From: an uncultured Christensenella sp.
GTDB lineage: Bacteria; Bacillota; Clostridia; Christensenellales; CAG-138
Length of the DNA: 64,000 nucleotides
NCBI GenBank assembly: GCA_964383635.1
Contig: CAYLIG010000001.1
Coordinates: 8,361-72,360, forward strand
Direction: 5' to 3'
The notes under the pieces are model-generated. The model did no database searches, was not told where the DNA came from, and saw nothing but the letters and a program-made list of their open reading frames with translations. Shown piece by piece: positions 1 through 9,832 of the stretch (position 1 is its first letter; each line of letters begins with the position of its first letter). The translations under genes were made by a program, and so were the position numbers.

Positions 1-731
1 ATAAAAACCCGCTTTACCCGCAGCTTTGCGATAAAATTGCTGTGCGGGAATTCGTGCGTAAACGCGCGGGAGAACGGTATTTTGTTCCGATTCTGGGTGT
101 GTGGGACGATCCGCGCGACATCGATTTTTCGTCTCTGCCGCAACAATTCGTGCTGAAATGCACGCATGATTCCGGGGGCGTGATCATCTGTACCGACAAG
201 TCCGCGCTGGATGTGGAAAGCGCGCGACGGACGCTGAAAAAGCGGCTCAGCCGCGATTATTCACGCCTCGGGCGGGAGTGGCCGTATCAAATGGTGCCGC
301 GCCGCGTGCTGGCGGAAGCGTTTATCGGAAACGAGGACGGTGCTCTCCCGGACGACTATAAATTTTACTGTGTGCGCGGAAGGGTGCTCTGGAGCTGCCT
401 TTGTACAAACCGACACAAGTCGGGCGCGGACTATATCGTGTATGACGCAGAGGAGCAGCCGATCTGGACGAATATTCGATCCGCGCGGCTCGAACAGCTC
501 GCGCTGCTGCGTTCGCCGCACTATGCGCAGATGCTCGAGCTGGCGGCGCGACTCTCCGAGGGACTGACGCATGTTCGGGTCGATCTTTATGATACACCCG
601 ACGGCGTGCGGTTCGGCGAGATCACGCTCTATGACCAGAGCGGCTTTATCGATGCGTATTGCGATGAATTCGACCGCAAGCTGGGCGGGCTTCTCGACTT
701 GAGCGGCGAACTCGCATCCGTCGAACTGTAA
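1..731 (+). CDS. ATP-grasp fold amidoligase, TupA-like (N-terminus cut by window edge)
   Basis: Frame is open from nt 3 (KNPLYPQLCDKIAVREFV...) to stop TAA 729-731. Co-linear paralog of ORF 1983-2897, sharing FVLKC[TS]HDSG, DYKF[YF]C and RVDLYDTPDGxRFGExTL. Family assigned by recalled similarity to TupA-type ATP-grasp proteins of polysaccharide loci. Confidence 0.8.
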   Translation, partial: KNPLYPQLCDKIAVREFVRKRAGERYFVPILGVWDDPRDIDFSSLPQQFVLKCTHDSGGVIICTDKSALDVESARRTLKKRLSRDYSRLGREWPYQMVPRRVLAEAFIGNEDGALPDDYKFYCVRGRVLWSCLCTNRHKSGADYIVYDAEEQPIWTNIRSARLEQLALLRSPHYAQMLELAARLSEGLTHVRVDLYDTPDGVRFGEITLYDQSGFIDAYCDEFDRKLGGLLDLSGELASVEL

Positions 732-801
732 GATAACAAAAATACGTCCGCTCGGAACGCCTGGGGACGAGGATTGGGCGAAACAAACTGGAGGAACCAT
801 C

Positions 802-1944
802 ATGAGTCTGGAAATTATCATTGGCGCGGATGTTGCGCCAACCGCGAAAAGAGCCGAATGGTCCGACGCGAGCGCATCGAATCTGCTTTCCGCCGACTTA
901 AAGGCGGTTTGGGATGCGGCGGATGCGCGTATTTTCAATTTAAAAACACCGCTGATCGACGACGCAGCCGCGACGCAGATATGCGGCCCGGCATATTCCG
1001 CGCCGCTTTCCTGCGCGGAAGGACTCGCAGCGCTGAGTCCGACGAGCGTCTGCCTCTGCAACGACCATATTATGGACTACGGCGAGGAGGGACTGCTTTC
1101 CACCCGCGCGGCGCTGAAGAAAAAGCATGTCGCTTCCTTTGGCGCGGGAGAAGACCTGGACGAGGCGGATCAGCCGTTTTTCTTTGCCAAACACGGGGTG
1201 CGCATCGGCGTTTACGCCGTTTGCGAGCATGCGTTTTCGTTTGCCACGGATCGTAAGGCGGGCGCAAATCCGCTCGATCTCATCAACATTGGCGATCGCG
1301 TGCGCGAGATCAAATCCACCTGCGACAGGCTTATTGTGCTCTATTATGGCGGACGGGAAGGATACCCCTATCCGTCTCCGGACGTGCAGAAGACCTGCCG
1401 GAAAATTGCGGACTGCGGCGCGTCGCTCGTAATCTGTCAAAGCAGCCACAGCGTCGGCAGTCAGGAGCACTGGAACAACGCTACCCTCGTCTACGGTCAG
1501 GGCGATTTCCTTGCCGAAAGCAGAGGGGATGCGCAGAGCGCCGATACGGCGCTGCTCGTGCGCTACACCGTCGGCGACTACGGCGCGGATAAAGTCGAAT
1601 TTGTGCCGATCGTCGGTAAAGACGGCGGAGCGGGTCTGGCAAACGAGGCGACGGCGGCGGAGATTCTCGAAGGGTTCCGGAAGCGTTCGACGCGCATCCG
1701 CATCGAAGGATTCGTCCCCGCGCGATATGAATCTTACGCGGCTGAGCAAAAGGACGGGCTGCTACGTGTCTTTCTTGGCGGCAGCGTGCTGATTCGCACG
1801 CTGAACATGCTCAATGGCCGGAGGCCGACGCGCGTATACGACCGACAGACGAAGATCAACATCCTCCACTCGCTTCGCTGTGAGTCCGTCCGCGAGCTGA
1901 TCATTCGTGGACTGCAGCGCGATGTTCTGCCGGCAGAGCACTGA
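802..1944 (+). CDS. CapA-family protein (PGA_cap, metallophosphatase fold; poly-gamma-glutamate capsule synthesis family)
   Basis: ATG 802 with GGAGGA at 790-795; 380 aa. N-terminal IIIGADVAP...NLKTPL...CNDHIMDYGEEG and later GGREGYPYPSP...VICQSSHSVGSQE...GQGDFL fit the CapA/PgsA pattern. Confidence 0.8.
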   Translation: MSLEIIIGADVAPTAKRAEWSDASASNLLSADLKAVWDAADARIFNLKTPLIDDAAATQICGPAYSAPLSCAEGLAALSPTSVCLCNDHIMDYGEEGLLSTRAALKKKHVASFGAGEDLDEADQPFFFAKHGVRIGVYAVCEHAFSFATDRKAGANPLDLINIGDRVREIKSTCDRLIVLYYGGREGYPYPSPDVQKTCRKIADCGASLVICQSSHSVGSQEHWNNATLVYGQGDFLAESRGDAQSADTALLVRYTVGDYGADKVEFVPIVGKDGGAGLANEATAAEILEGFRKRSTRIRIEGFVPARYESYAAEQKDGLLRVFLGGSVLIRTLNMLNGRRPTRVYDRQTKINILHSLRCESVRELIIRGLQRDVLPAEH

Positions 1945-1982
1945 TCACACCGACGTTTCGCGCTGACAAGGGGGGGAAGTCC

Positions 1983-2897
1983 TTGAAACAGCCGCTGGCC
2001 GGGGCGATCAAATCGCTTTGGAAAAATCCTTGGAAGCTGTTTGTGATTCTCACGCATTACGGATTTTTTACGCATATAGCGGACGAGCCATACCTGCGTC
2101 TTGTTTATCGCGGCGTGACCGGGAGGCGGCTGCGCCTTGACCCGCCCGAGACCTACAACGAGAAGATGCAGTGGCTCAAGCTCCACGATAAAAACCCGGC
2201 TTATCCGAAGCTGGTCGACAAACTCGCCGTTCGGGAGTTTGTGCGAGAGTGCGTGGGAGGAGAGCTTCTCAATCCGCTGCTCGGGGTCTGGAGCGACCCG
2301 CGCGACATCGACTTTTCCGCGCTGCCGGAGCGTTTTGTTCTCAAGTGCTCCCACGATTCGGGCAGCGCGATCCTTTGCTACGATAAAGCCGCGCTGGATG
2401 AAGCAAAAACCAGAAGAACGCTGAAAAGACTGCTCGCCAAAGATTATGCCGCTCCCGGACGGGAATGGCCATACAAGGACGTGCCGCGGCGCATTCTGGC
2501 GGAGTCGTACATTGGGTCAGCGGACGGTACGCCGCCGGTCGATTACAAGTTTTTTTGTTTCGACGGGAAAGCGCGCATTGTGCTCGTGTGTGTGAGCCAT
2601 CATGGCGCGCATGCGGAAAACTACACGTTCAACATGGAATTTGAACCCGTCAGCATCTATAGAGCGGGCAGCAACCGACCGGCGGATTTCACACCCGAAC
2701 GGCCGCCGCATTTTGCCGAAATGATCGAAATTGTCGAAAAGCTGGCCAAAGGCTTCAAGCACATGCGCGTCGATCTGTATGACACGCCGGACGGCATCCG
2801 CTTCGGCGAGCTGACGTTGCATAGCTCCAGCGGACTGAGCCAGACGCTGCTTGAAACAGGGGATCGCCTTTTGGGGGACTATTTGAACCTGGAATGA
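1983..2897 (+). CDS. ATP-grasp fold amidoligase, TupA-like (full length)
   Basis: TTG start preceded by a G7-containing SD (AAGGGGGGGAAG, 1968-1979); 304 aa. ETYNEKMQWLKLHDKNPAYPKLVDKLAVREFV, FVLKCSHDSG and RVDLYDTPDGIRFGELTL are typical of the family. Paralog of ORF 1-731. Confidence 0.85.
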   Translation: MKQPLAGAIKSLWKNPWKLFVILTHYGFFTHIADEPYLRLVYRGVTGRRLRLDPPETYNEKMQWLKLHDKNPAYPKLVDKLAVREFVRECVGGELLNPLLGVWSDPRDIDFSALPERFVLKCSHDSGSAILCYDKAALDEAKTRRTLKRLLAKDYAAPGREWPYKDVPRRILAESYIGSADGTPPVDYKFFCFDGKARIVLVCVSHHGAHAENYTFNMEFEPVSIYRAGSNRPADFTPERPPHFAEMIEIVEKLAKGFKHMRVDLYDTPDGIRFGELTLHSSSGLSQTLLETGDRLLGDYLNLE

Positions 2898-2980
2898 CAG
2901 CCGCGCGGGGAAATCGATCCGCCTAACTTTGCCTGACACAGGGCGATTGCGTTTGGCAACAACGAAAAGGAGAACTGGAC

Positions 2981-4021
2981 ATGCTCTTTAGCATATTGGT
3001 GCCGGTCTATAATTCGGAACAATATCTGAATGAATGCGTCGATTCCGTCCTGCACCAGAGCGAGCAGAACTTTGAACTCGTGCTGGTCAACGACGGATCG
3101 CTTGACGGCGGCGGAATGCTGTGCGATCGTTACCGCGCCATGTACCCCGACCGTATTCGCGTTGTGCATCAGCCGAACAAAGGCCTCATACTCGCGCGCC
3201 GTGCGGGTATCGCGATTGCAAAAGGGGACTATTGCGTCTTTCTGGACGCGGACGACGCGCTGGAACCGGAGTGCCTTGCGACCGTTCGCGAAACAATCGA
3301 GCGTACAGACGCGGATATCGTTATATACAACAACTACAGTTATTTTGAAACGGAGCGGATGACGGAGCCGAACAAGCCCGTATTTGCGGACAATACGGAG
3401 TTTATCGGCGAGGGCAGGCGCGCAATTTACGAGGTGCTCCTGACCACCAATCGACTCAACAACATCTGGATGAAAGCCATCCGAACGCCGCTGTTGCAGG
3501 CGGACGATACGCCCTATGACTTCTATGCCGATAACCCGCACGGAGAGGATCTGCTGCAGACGCTCTATCCTGTTACGCATGCGAACCATATTGTGTACCG
3601 CGATTGTGTGCTCTATCGATATCGCCGCCACAGCAGAAGCATTACGCGTCGGTTGGATGCAGGACGAATCAATCAACTGATGGACGAGCGGGTGACGAAT
3701 CAACTCAAGCACTATATGTCGATCTGGGGACTGGACACGCAGGAATATCTGGAACGCTTTCAGGCGCGGCGGCTGTCCTCCCTGCTCATCGTATTTTGGC
3801 AGCATTTCCGCGCTGCCGAAACAAGCGAGCAAAAACGGACGGTGCTGGATCATAACTGGAACGCATACATCAGCCGGACGGGTGGGGCAGTCAGGAACAA
3901 CCGTTTTCTGTCGCTTTCGCAGCGCGTCCAGATCTGGGCGCTGACAAAAAAGCATAAAATGGTGCTGGAGTGCATCGGCATACTCGGCACCATGAAAATG
4001 AGGGCCGCATATGGGGACTGA
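2981..4021 (+). CDS. Family 2 glycosyltransferase
   Basis: MLFSILVPVYNSEQYLNECVDSVLHQS...LVLVNDGSLDGG...FLDADD: the classic GT2 (GT-A) N-terminal signature with a DxD motif. Confidence 0.85.
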   Translation: MLFSILVPVYNSEQYLNECVDSVLHQSEQNFELVLVNDGSLDGGGMLCDRYRAMYPDRIRVVHQPNKGLILARRAGIAIAKGDYCVFLDADDALEPECLATVRETIERTDADIVIYNNYSYFETERMTEPNKPVFADNTEFIGEGRRAIYEVLLTTNRLNNIWMKAIRTPLLQADDTPYDFYADNPHGEDLLQTLYPVTHANHIVYRDCVLYRYRRHSRSITRRLDAGRINQLMDERVTNQLKHYMSIWGLDTQEYLERFQARRLSSLLIVFWQHFRAAETSEQKRTVLDHNWNAYISRTGGAVRNNRFLSLSQRVQIWALTKKHKMVLECIGILGTMKMRAAYGD

Positions 4022-4961
4022 AAGACCGCTTGTGTCCATCGTTTGCGATACCTATAACCACGCGCCGTTCATTCGCGATGCGCTGGACGGGTTTCTCAAT
4101 CAGAAGACGGATTTTTCTTTCGAGATCATCGTGCATGACGACGCGTCCACGGACGGCACGGCGGACATTATCCGCGAATACGAGCGCGCGCATCCGGCGC
4201 TGTTTCGCTGTGTCTACCGCACGCAGAACATCTATTCGCGCGACCCGAAGATTCTGGAGCATTATGTCTTCCCGCTCGCGCGCGGCAAGTATATCGCCAT
4301 TTGCGAAGGGGACGACTACTGGACGAGCCCGGACAAGCTGCAAAAACAGATTTCATATATGCAGGCGCACCCGGCATGCACGCTCTGCGTCTCGGCCGGC
4401 GAGCTGGTCGACCCGCGGGGGAACCGGATAGGCATGGTTGCGCCCTATGGCGAGGACACGGACGTGCCGACGGATGAACTCATCCGCGGCGGCGGCGGGT
4501 TTATCGCAACGGCGTCCATCGTTGCGCCGACGCGCCTGGCGCAAAACCGCGCGGCGTTTTGCGATCTTTCGGACGTGGACGACGCGGTGCTGCAGATCTG
4601 GTTTGCGGCAAACGGCACGACACATTACTTCGCGGAGCCGATGTGCGCCTATCGCCAGTCGGTTCCCGGCTCCTGGACGGAGACGTTTTTCGCCTCGAAT
4701 CACGCCGCGCGCATCCGGCACCACATGGGGCTGATCCGCGCGCTGGAGGCGTTTGATCTTGAGACGGGCGGGCGCTGGCACGACGCGGTGGATTTCTGCG
4801 TGACGCATCAGCAGCGCTACGAGATCCTGCGGCTGCAAAACGACGTCGTCGCGCTGTCAAAACCGCCGTATCGGGCGCAGTATAAAAAACTTCCGCCGCG
4901 CAGAAGGCTGCGCATGTGGCTGGCCTATCTGGGCCTTCTCAACGCGCGAAAGGAGAAATAA
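4011..4961 (+). CDS. Family 2 glycosyltransferase (tandem paralog A)
   Basis: ATG 4011 overlaps the upstream stop by 11 nt. VSIVCDTYNHAPFIRDALDGFLNQKTDFSFEIIVHDDASTDGT...GDDYW. Confidence 0.85.
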   Translation: MGTERPLVSIVCDTYNHAPFIRDALDGFLNQKTDFSFEIIVHDDASTDGTADIIREYERAHPALFRCVYRTQNIYSRDPKILEHYVFPLARGKYIAICEGDDYWTSPDKLQKQISYMQAHPACTLCVSAGELVDPRGNRIGMVAPYGEDTDVPTDELIRGGGGFIATASIVAPTRLAQNRAAFCDLSDVDDAVLQIWFAANGTTHYFAEPMCAYRQSVPGSWTETFFASNHAARIRHHMGLIRALEAFDLETGGRWHDAVDFCVTHQQRYEILRLQNDVVALSKPPYRAQYKKLPPRRRLRMWLAYLGLLNARKEK

Positions 4962-4963
4962 CG

Positions 4964-5929
4964 ATGGAACAGCCGCTGTTAACGGTTATATTGCCGACGC
5001 ACAACCACGCGCCGTTTATCGCGCAGGCGATCGAGAGCGTGCTCATGCAGAAGACGGATTTCCCGTTTGACATCCTGCTGCACGACGACGCATCCACCGA
5101 CGGCACGGCGGATATCTGCCGAACATATGCCGAACAATATCCCGAACGGATCACGCTGATTGCGCAGAGCGTGAATCAATATTCGATCGACCGCCGGATC
5201 CAGTCCCATATTCTGATTCCGCGCGTTAGCGCGAAATACACCGCCATTCTCGACGGGGACGACTACTGGACCGACCCGGACAAGCTGCAAAAGCAAATCG
5301 ACTATCTCGAGGCACATCCGGACTGCACGCTCTGCATCGGCGGGGCGGATCTGGTGGACGTCGACAACAAGGTGATCGGCCATGTCAGGCCGTATGAAAC
5401 CGACCGCGTCGTCGATCCGGCGGACATGATCCGCGGCGGCGGCGGGTTTAACGCGACGAATACCATCGTCATGCCGACGCAGCTGCTCAAGGACCTGCCG
5501 GAGTTTGCCGACCATGTGGAGGCGGAGGACATTCCGTTTCAGTTGCTTGGCGCGCTGAAAGGCTATGCCTGGTATATCGCGGATACGCTGATGGCATACC
5601 GAATTGCGGTGCCCGGCTCGTGGTCCACGCGACAGTATGCCTCCGCCATGGAGACGCGCATCAGGACGAGCCGCGACCTCATCGCGCTCAACGAAGGCTA
5701 CGACGCGTTTTCCGGCGGGAAATATCACGACGCGTTTGTCTACGCGATCCGCTATCAGGAGTTTTTGATCCTGACCTATCGGCATAAGCTCAAGGAGGCG
5801 AAGCAGCCGCCTTACCGGGTCTATTATGATCGGCTTTCGACCAAGCGAAAGATTCGTCTTTGGGGCGAAAAGTATCTTACCGGCATCACCACGCGATACA
5901 TCGCGTGGCAGCGCAGCCACAGAAAGTAA
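4964..5929 (+). CDS. Family 2 glycosyltransferase (tandem paralog B)
   Basis: ATG 4964 with AAGGAGAAA at 4950-4958, 3 nt after the upstream stop. LTVILPTHNHAPFIAQAIESVLMQKTDFPFDILLHDDASTDGT...GDDYW. The longer ORF start at 4916 was rejected because it has no SD and overlaps the upstream gene. Confidence 0.85.
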   Translation: MEQPLLTVILPTHNHAPFIAQAIESVLMQKTDFPFDILLHDDASTDGTADICRTYAEQYPERITLIAQSVNQYSIDRRIQSHILIPRVSAKYTAILDGDDYWTDPDKLQKQIDYLEAHPDCTLCIGGADLVDVDNKVIGHVRPYETDRVVDPADMIRGGGGFNATNTIVMPTQLLKDLPEFADHVEAEDIPFQLLGALKGYAWYIADTLMAYRIAVPGSWSTRQYASAMETRIRTSRDLIALNEGYDAFSGGKYHDAFVYAIRYQEFLILTYRHKLKEAKQPPYRVYYDRLSTKRKIRLWGEKYLTGITTRYIAWQRSHRK

Positions 5930-5937
5930 CAGGGTTT

Positions 5938-7452
5938 ATGGATCATACGTTTCGCAATAAAACCATATCGGGCGTCATCTGGAAAGCAATGGAGAGCGGC
6001 GGCAACCAGGCCGTGAAGTTTATCATCTCCATCGTGCTGGCGCGTATGCTCGACCCGCAGAACTACAAAACGATCACTGCGATCATCATGACGATCGATC
6101 TCGCGGATGTGATCGTGAAACGCGGCTTTGTCACTTCTCTGATTCAGCGCAAGGACGCGGATAGCGTGGATTTTTCCAGCGTACTGTGGATCATGCTTGC
6201 GCTGGCCGGTGTTTTTTACGCGGGTTTTTATTTCGCCGCTCCTTTGCTTAGCCCTCTGCTTGGCAAGGGGTACACGGATCCCGCGTTTGTTCCTGCCATG
6301 CGCGTTATCGCACTTTCTCTGTTCTTTGGCGCGTTCAACTCGGTACAGGGCGCAATCATACAGCGCAAACTGGAGTTTCGAAAGTTTTGCATCGCGACGC
6401 TCTGTGCGACGTTACTCTCCGGCTCGATCGGCATCTATATGGCCTATGCGGGCTATGGCGTCTGGGCGCTGGTCGCCCAGCAGAGCATAGGCGCATTCAG
6501 CAATGTCATCATTCTCTGGCTGCTGGATCGCTGGAAGCCCCTGATGGTGTTCTCACTGGAGAAAACGAAATCGCACTTCAACTTTGGCTGGAAACTGCTG
6601 CTTTCCAGCCTGCTGGACAAAGGGTATAACAATATTTCCGGATTGATCATCGGCGCAAGATTTGCCGATGCGTCTTTGTCGTTCTTTAGCCGCGGCAAAC
6701 AGTATCCGAGCATGATTTCGGAAAACCTAAACAGTGTGGCGCTGTCGGTGCTGTTTCCTGCCTACGCGCGGCATCAGGAGGACATGAGCCGCGTGCGCGA
6801 GATGGTACGCAAAACGAACCGCTCGACCTCTTTGATGATTTTCCCCATGATGGCGGGGCTGGCCGCAGTTGCGACGCCGTTTGTGCACGTGCTGCTGACG
6901 GATAAGTGGCTGCCGACCGTACCGTATCTGCAGATGATGTGCATCTATTCCGCGTTTTACCCGATGGAGGCGACGGATCTGCAGGCCATCAACGCCATCG
7001 GCCGCAGCGACCTCTACCTCAAAACGGAGATCATCAAAAAAATATTCGGCATTCTTGTGCTGGCGATCTCCGTATTCGCGTTCACAACACCGCTTGCAAT
7101 CTCCTGGGGACTTGTGCTCACAGGCATTTTTTCCATGATTGTGACTATGGCGTACATGAAGAAATTTTTTGCTTATCGCTGGCGGGATCAGATTTGGGAC
7201 ATGACGCCGCCCGTACTGCTCTCCGCCGTCATGTGGGGCGTGGTTTTCGCGGTCTCGCGCATTTCGATGCCGGAGCTGCCGAGTCTGATTCTTCAGATCG
7301 TTTGCGGGGTTGCGGTATACCTCGCGCTGGCGGTATTATTAAAGCTGGAGAGTTTCCGGTACCTCTGGCACTCAATGAAAGAATATTTCACGAAAAATCG
7401 GAACAAACCGTCCTGCGGGCCGGACGACCCCTGCGACTCGACTCCGCTATAA
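5938..7452 (+). CDS. Oligosaccharide flippase, Wzx-like (MOP superfamily polysaccharide biosynthesis protein)
   Basis: ATG 5938; about 500 aa with many hydrophobic spans. The N-terminus SGVIWKAMESGGNQAVKFIISIVLARMLDPQNY is typical of the Polysacc_synt family. Confidence 0.8.
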   Translation: MDHTFRNKTISGVIWKAMESGGNQAVKFIISIVLARMLDPQNYKTITAIIMTIDLADVIVKRGFVTSLIQRKDADSVDFSSVLWIMLALAGVFYAGFYFAAPLLSPLLGKGYTDPAFVPAMRVIALSLFFGAFNSVQGAIIQRKLEFRKFCIATLCATLLSGSIGIYMAYAGYGVWALVAQQSIGAFSNVIILWLLDRWKPLMVFSLEKTKSHFNFGWKLLLSSLLDKGYNNISGLIIGARFADASLSFFSRGKQYPSMISENLNSVALSVLFPAYARHQEDMSRVREMVRKTNRSTSLMIFPMMAGLAAVATPFVHVLLTDKWLPTVPYLQMMCIYSAFYPMEATDLQAINAIGRSDLYLKTEIIKKIFGILVLAISVFAFTTPLAISWGLVLTGIFSMIVTMAYMKKFFAYRWRDQIWDMTPPVLLSAVMWGVVFAVSRISMPELPSLILQIVCGVAVYLALAVLLKLESFRYLWHSMKEYFTKNRNKPSCGPDDPCDSTPL

Positions 7453-7534
7453 TCCGGAGAAAGTCGACCTGCAAAAAGCGCGCGGAATAATTCCCCGCGC
7501 AACTGTGTTTAGATCATGGAGGAACAAACAGCGT

Positions 7535-8824
7535 ATGAAACTTTCGGTTGCCGGAACGGGATATGTCGGCCTGGTCGCGGGCGTCTGTTTTGCACAGGTG
7601 GGACACAGCGTCACCTGCGTGGACGTGGACGAGGAGAAGATCGCGCGGATGCGGCAGGGCGTTTCGCCCATCTATGAAGCCGGGCTGGAGGAACTGCTGC
7701 GGCAGAATATCAAAGCGGGCAGGCTCTTTTTTACGACCGATTACGAGAGCGCCTATGCGGACGCGGACGCGATTTTCATCGGCGTCGGCACGCCGGAGCT
7801 GCCGGACGGCAGCGCGAATTTAAGCTACATCGCAGCGGTCTGCCGCGAGATTGCGCAGAGCGTGACGCGGGACTGCCTCGTGGTGGTGAAGTCCACCGTG
7901 CCGGTCGGCACAAACGATAAAGTCGAACAGTACATCAAGGACAACCTCGCGCGGGACGTAAAGGTTCGCGTCGCGAGCAACCCAGAGTTTCTGGCGCAGG
8001 GCAACGCCGTGCACGACACGATGCACGCCACGCGTATCATCATCGGCACGGACGACGACGAGGCGGAGCGGATGCTGCAGCAGATATACGCGCCGTTCGA
8101 TCTGCCGATCGTTTCGGTTTCGCGCCGCTCGGCGGAGATGATCAAGTATGCCTGCAACAACTTCCTCGCGCTCAAGATTTCCTATATGAACGACATCGCC
8201 AACCTCTGCGAGCTCGTCGGCGCGAACATCGACGACGTGGCGGAGGGCATGCGCTACGACCCGCGCATTGGCGCGAAATTTCTCAAAGCGGGCGTGGGCT
8301 ACGGCGGCAGCTGTTTTCCAAAGGACACAAAGGCGCTGACGTTTCTCGCGCGGCAGCACGGCGCGCAACTGAAAACCGTCGACGCGGCGGTGGAGATCAA
8401 CGCAGCGCAGAAGACGAAGCTGTTTGAAAAAGCGAAAAAACGCCTCATGACGTTTGAAAACATGAAGGTCGCGGTGCTCGGACTCGCGTTTAAGCCGGGG
8501 ACGGACGACCTGCGGGAAGCGCCCGCGCTGGACAACGTGCGCCTGCTGCTGGAGCACGGTGCGAAGCTGACCTGCTACGACCCGATCGCGGCGGAAAACT
8601 TCGCAAAGAGATTTCCCGATGTGCCGCTTGCGGACAGCGTGGAAGAAGCGCTCGACGGCGCGTTCTGCTGCTTTATCTTCACGGAGTGGGAGGAGTTTGT
8701 GCGCCTGACGCCGGAGGTGTTCCGCCGGAAGATGCGCGTGCCGCTCGTATACGACGGGCGGAATATCTTCGATCCCGTGAACATGAAGCGCGGCGGCGTG
8801 GAATATTATTCTATAGGACGATAG
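7535..8824 (+). CDS. ugd: UDP-glucose 6-dehydrogenase
   Basis: MKLSVAGTGYVGLV Rossmann start (ATG 7535, GGAGG at 7518-7522) and catalytic GGSCFPKD motif. Length and layout match the UDP-glucose/GDP-mannose dehydrogenase family. Confidence 0.9.
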   Translation: MKLSVAGTGYVGLVAGVCFAQVGHSVTCVDVDEEKIARMRQGVSPIYEAGLEELLRQNIKAGRLFFTTDYESAYADADAIFIGVGTPELPDGSANLSYIAAVCREIAQSVTRDCLVVVKSTVPVGTNDKVEQYIKDNLARDVKVRVASNPEFLAQGNAVHDTMHATRIIIGTDDDEAERMLQQIYAPFDLPIVSVSRRSAEMIKYACNNFLALKISYMNDIANLCELVGANIDDVAEGMRYDPRIGAKFLKAGVGYGGSCFPKDTKALTFLARQHGAQLKTVDAAVEINAAQKTKLFEKAKKRLMTFENMKVAVLGLAFKPGTDDLREAPALDNVRLLLEHGAKLTCYDPIAAENFAKRFPDVPLADSVEEALDGAFCCFIFTEWEEFVRLTPEVFRRKMRVPLVYDGRNIFDPVNMKRGGVEYYSIGR

Positions 8825-8837
8825 AAGGGACGAAGAC

Positions 8838-9827
8838 TTGACGCAGCGGGACGAAAAAACGATACTGATCACCGGCGCGGCGGGGTTTATCGGCTACCAC
8901 CTTGCAAGGCGTTTGCTCGAAAGCGGGCGGCGTGTTGCCGGCGTGGACAACATGAACGACTATTACGACCCCGCGCTCAAGCGCGCGCGGCTGAACGAGC
9001 TGCTCGCGTATGAGCGGTTTTCGTTTGCCGAGGGCGACATTTCCGACGAAGCCGTCGTTGAACGGCTGTTTGCTGAAACGCAGCCGGAGGTCGTCGTGCA
9101 CCTCGCCGCGCAGGCGGGCGTGCGATACAGCATCGAAAACCCGCGCGCGTATATCCAGAGCAACATCGTCGGGTTTTTCAATATACTGGAGGCGGTTCGA
9201 AACCGTCCTGTGTCGCATTTTCTCTATGCGTCCAGCTCGTCCGTCTACGGCAACCGCGACAAGACGCCGTTTTCGGTGGAGGACCGCGTGGACAAGCCCG
9301 TTTCGCTCTACGCCGCGACGAAGAAGAGCGACGAGCTGATGGCTTACACCTATTCGCATCTCTTTGGCGTACCCGCGACGGGGCTGCGCTTTTTTACCGT
9401 GTACGGTCCGTTTGGCCGACCGGACATGGCTTACTTCAAGTTCACGAAAGCGATTCTGGAAGGGAAACCGATCGACGTTTACAACGGCGGCGACATGCTG
9501 CGGGATTTTACCTATGTGGACGACGTGATATCCTGCATCGAGCGGATGCTCTTTGCCCCGCCGAAGCCGGACGAAACCGGCGCGCCGTACGCGATATATA
9601 ACATCGGCAACAACAAACCCGAGCGGCTGATGGATTTCATCCACGCAATCGAGACCGCGCTCGGCAAGAACGCCGAACTGCGATTTTTGCCGATGCAGGC
9701 AGGGGATGTGGAGAAGACGTATGCCGATATCGAGGCGACGACGCGGGACTTCGGCTTTGAGCCGACAACGCAGATTGGCGAAGGAATTCGCCATTTTGTC
9801 GCATGGTATCAAACATACTACAAATAA
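8838..9827 (+). CDS. NAD-dependent epimerase, UDP-glucuronate 4-epimerase type
   Basis: ILITGAAGFIGYHL, YASSSSVYG and YAATKKSDELMAYTYSHLFG (SDR YxxxK). Sits immediately downstream of ugd. Confidence 0.8.
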   Translation: MTQRDEKTILITGAAGFIGYHLARRLLESGRRVAGVDNMNDYYDPALKRARLNELLAYERFSFAEGDISDEAVVERLFAETQPEVVVHLAAQAGVRYSIENPRAYIQSNIVGFFNILEAVRNRPVSHFLYASSSSVYGNRDKTPFSVEDRVDKPVSLYAATKKSDELMAYTYSHLFGVPATGLRFFTVYGPFGRPDMAYFKFTKAILEGKPIDVYNGGDMLRDFTYVDDVISCIERMLFAPPKPDETGAPYAIYNIGNNKPERLMDFIHAIETALGKNAELRFLPMQAGDVEKTYADIEATTRDFGFEPTTQIGEGIRHFVAWYQTYYK

Positions 9828-9832
9828 TTTGA

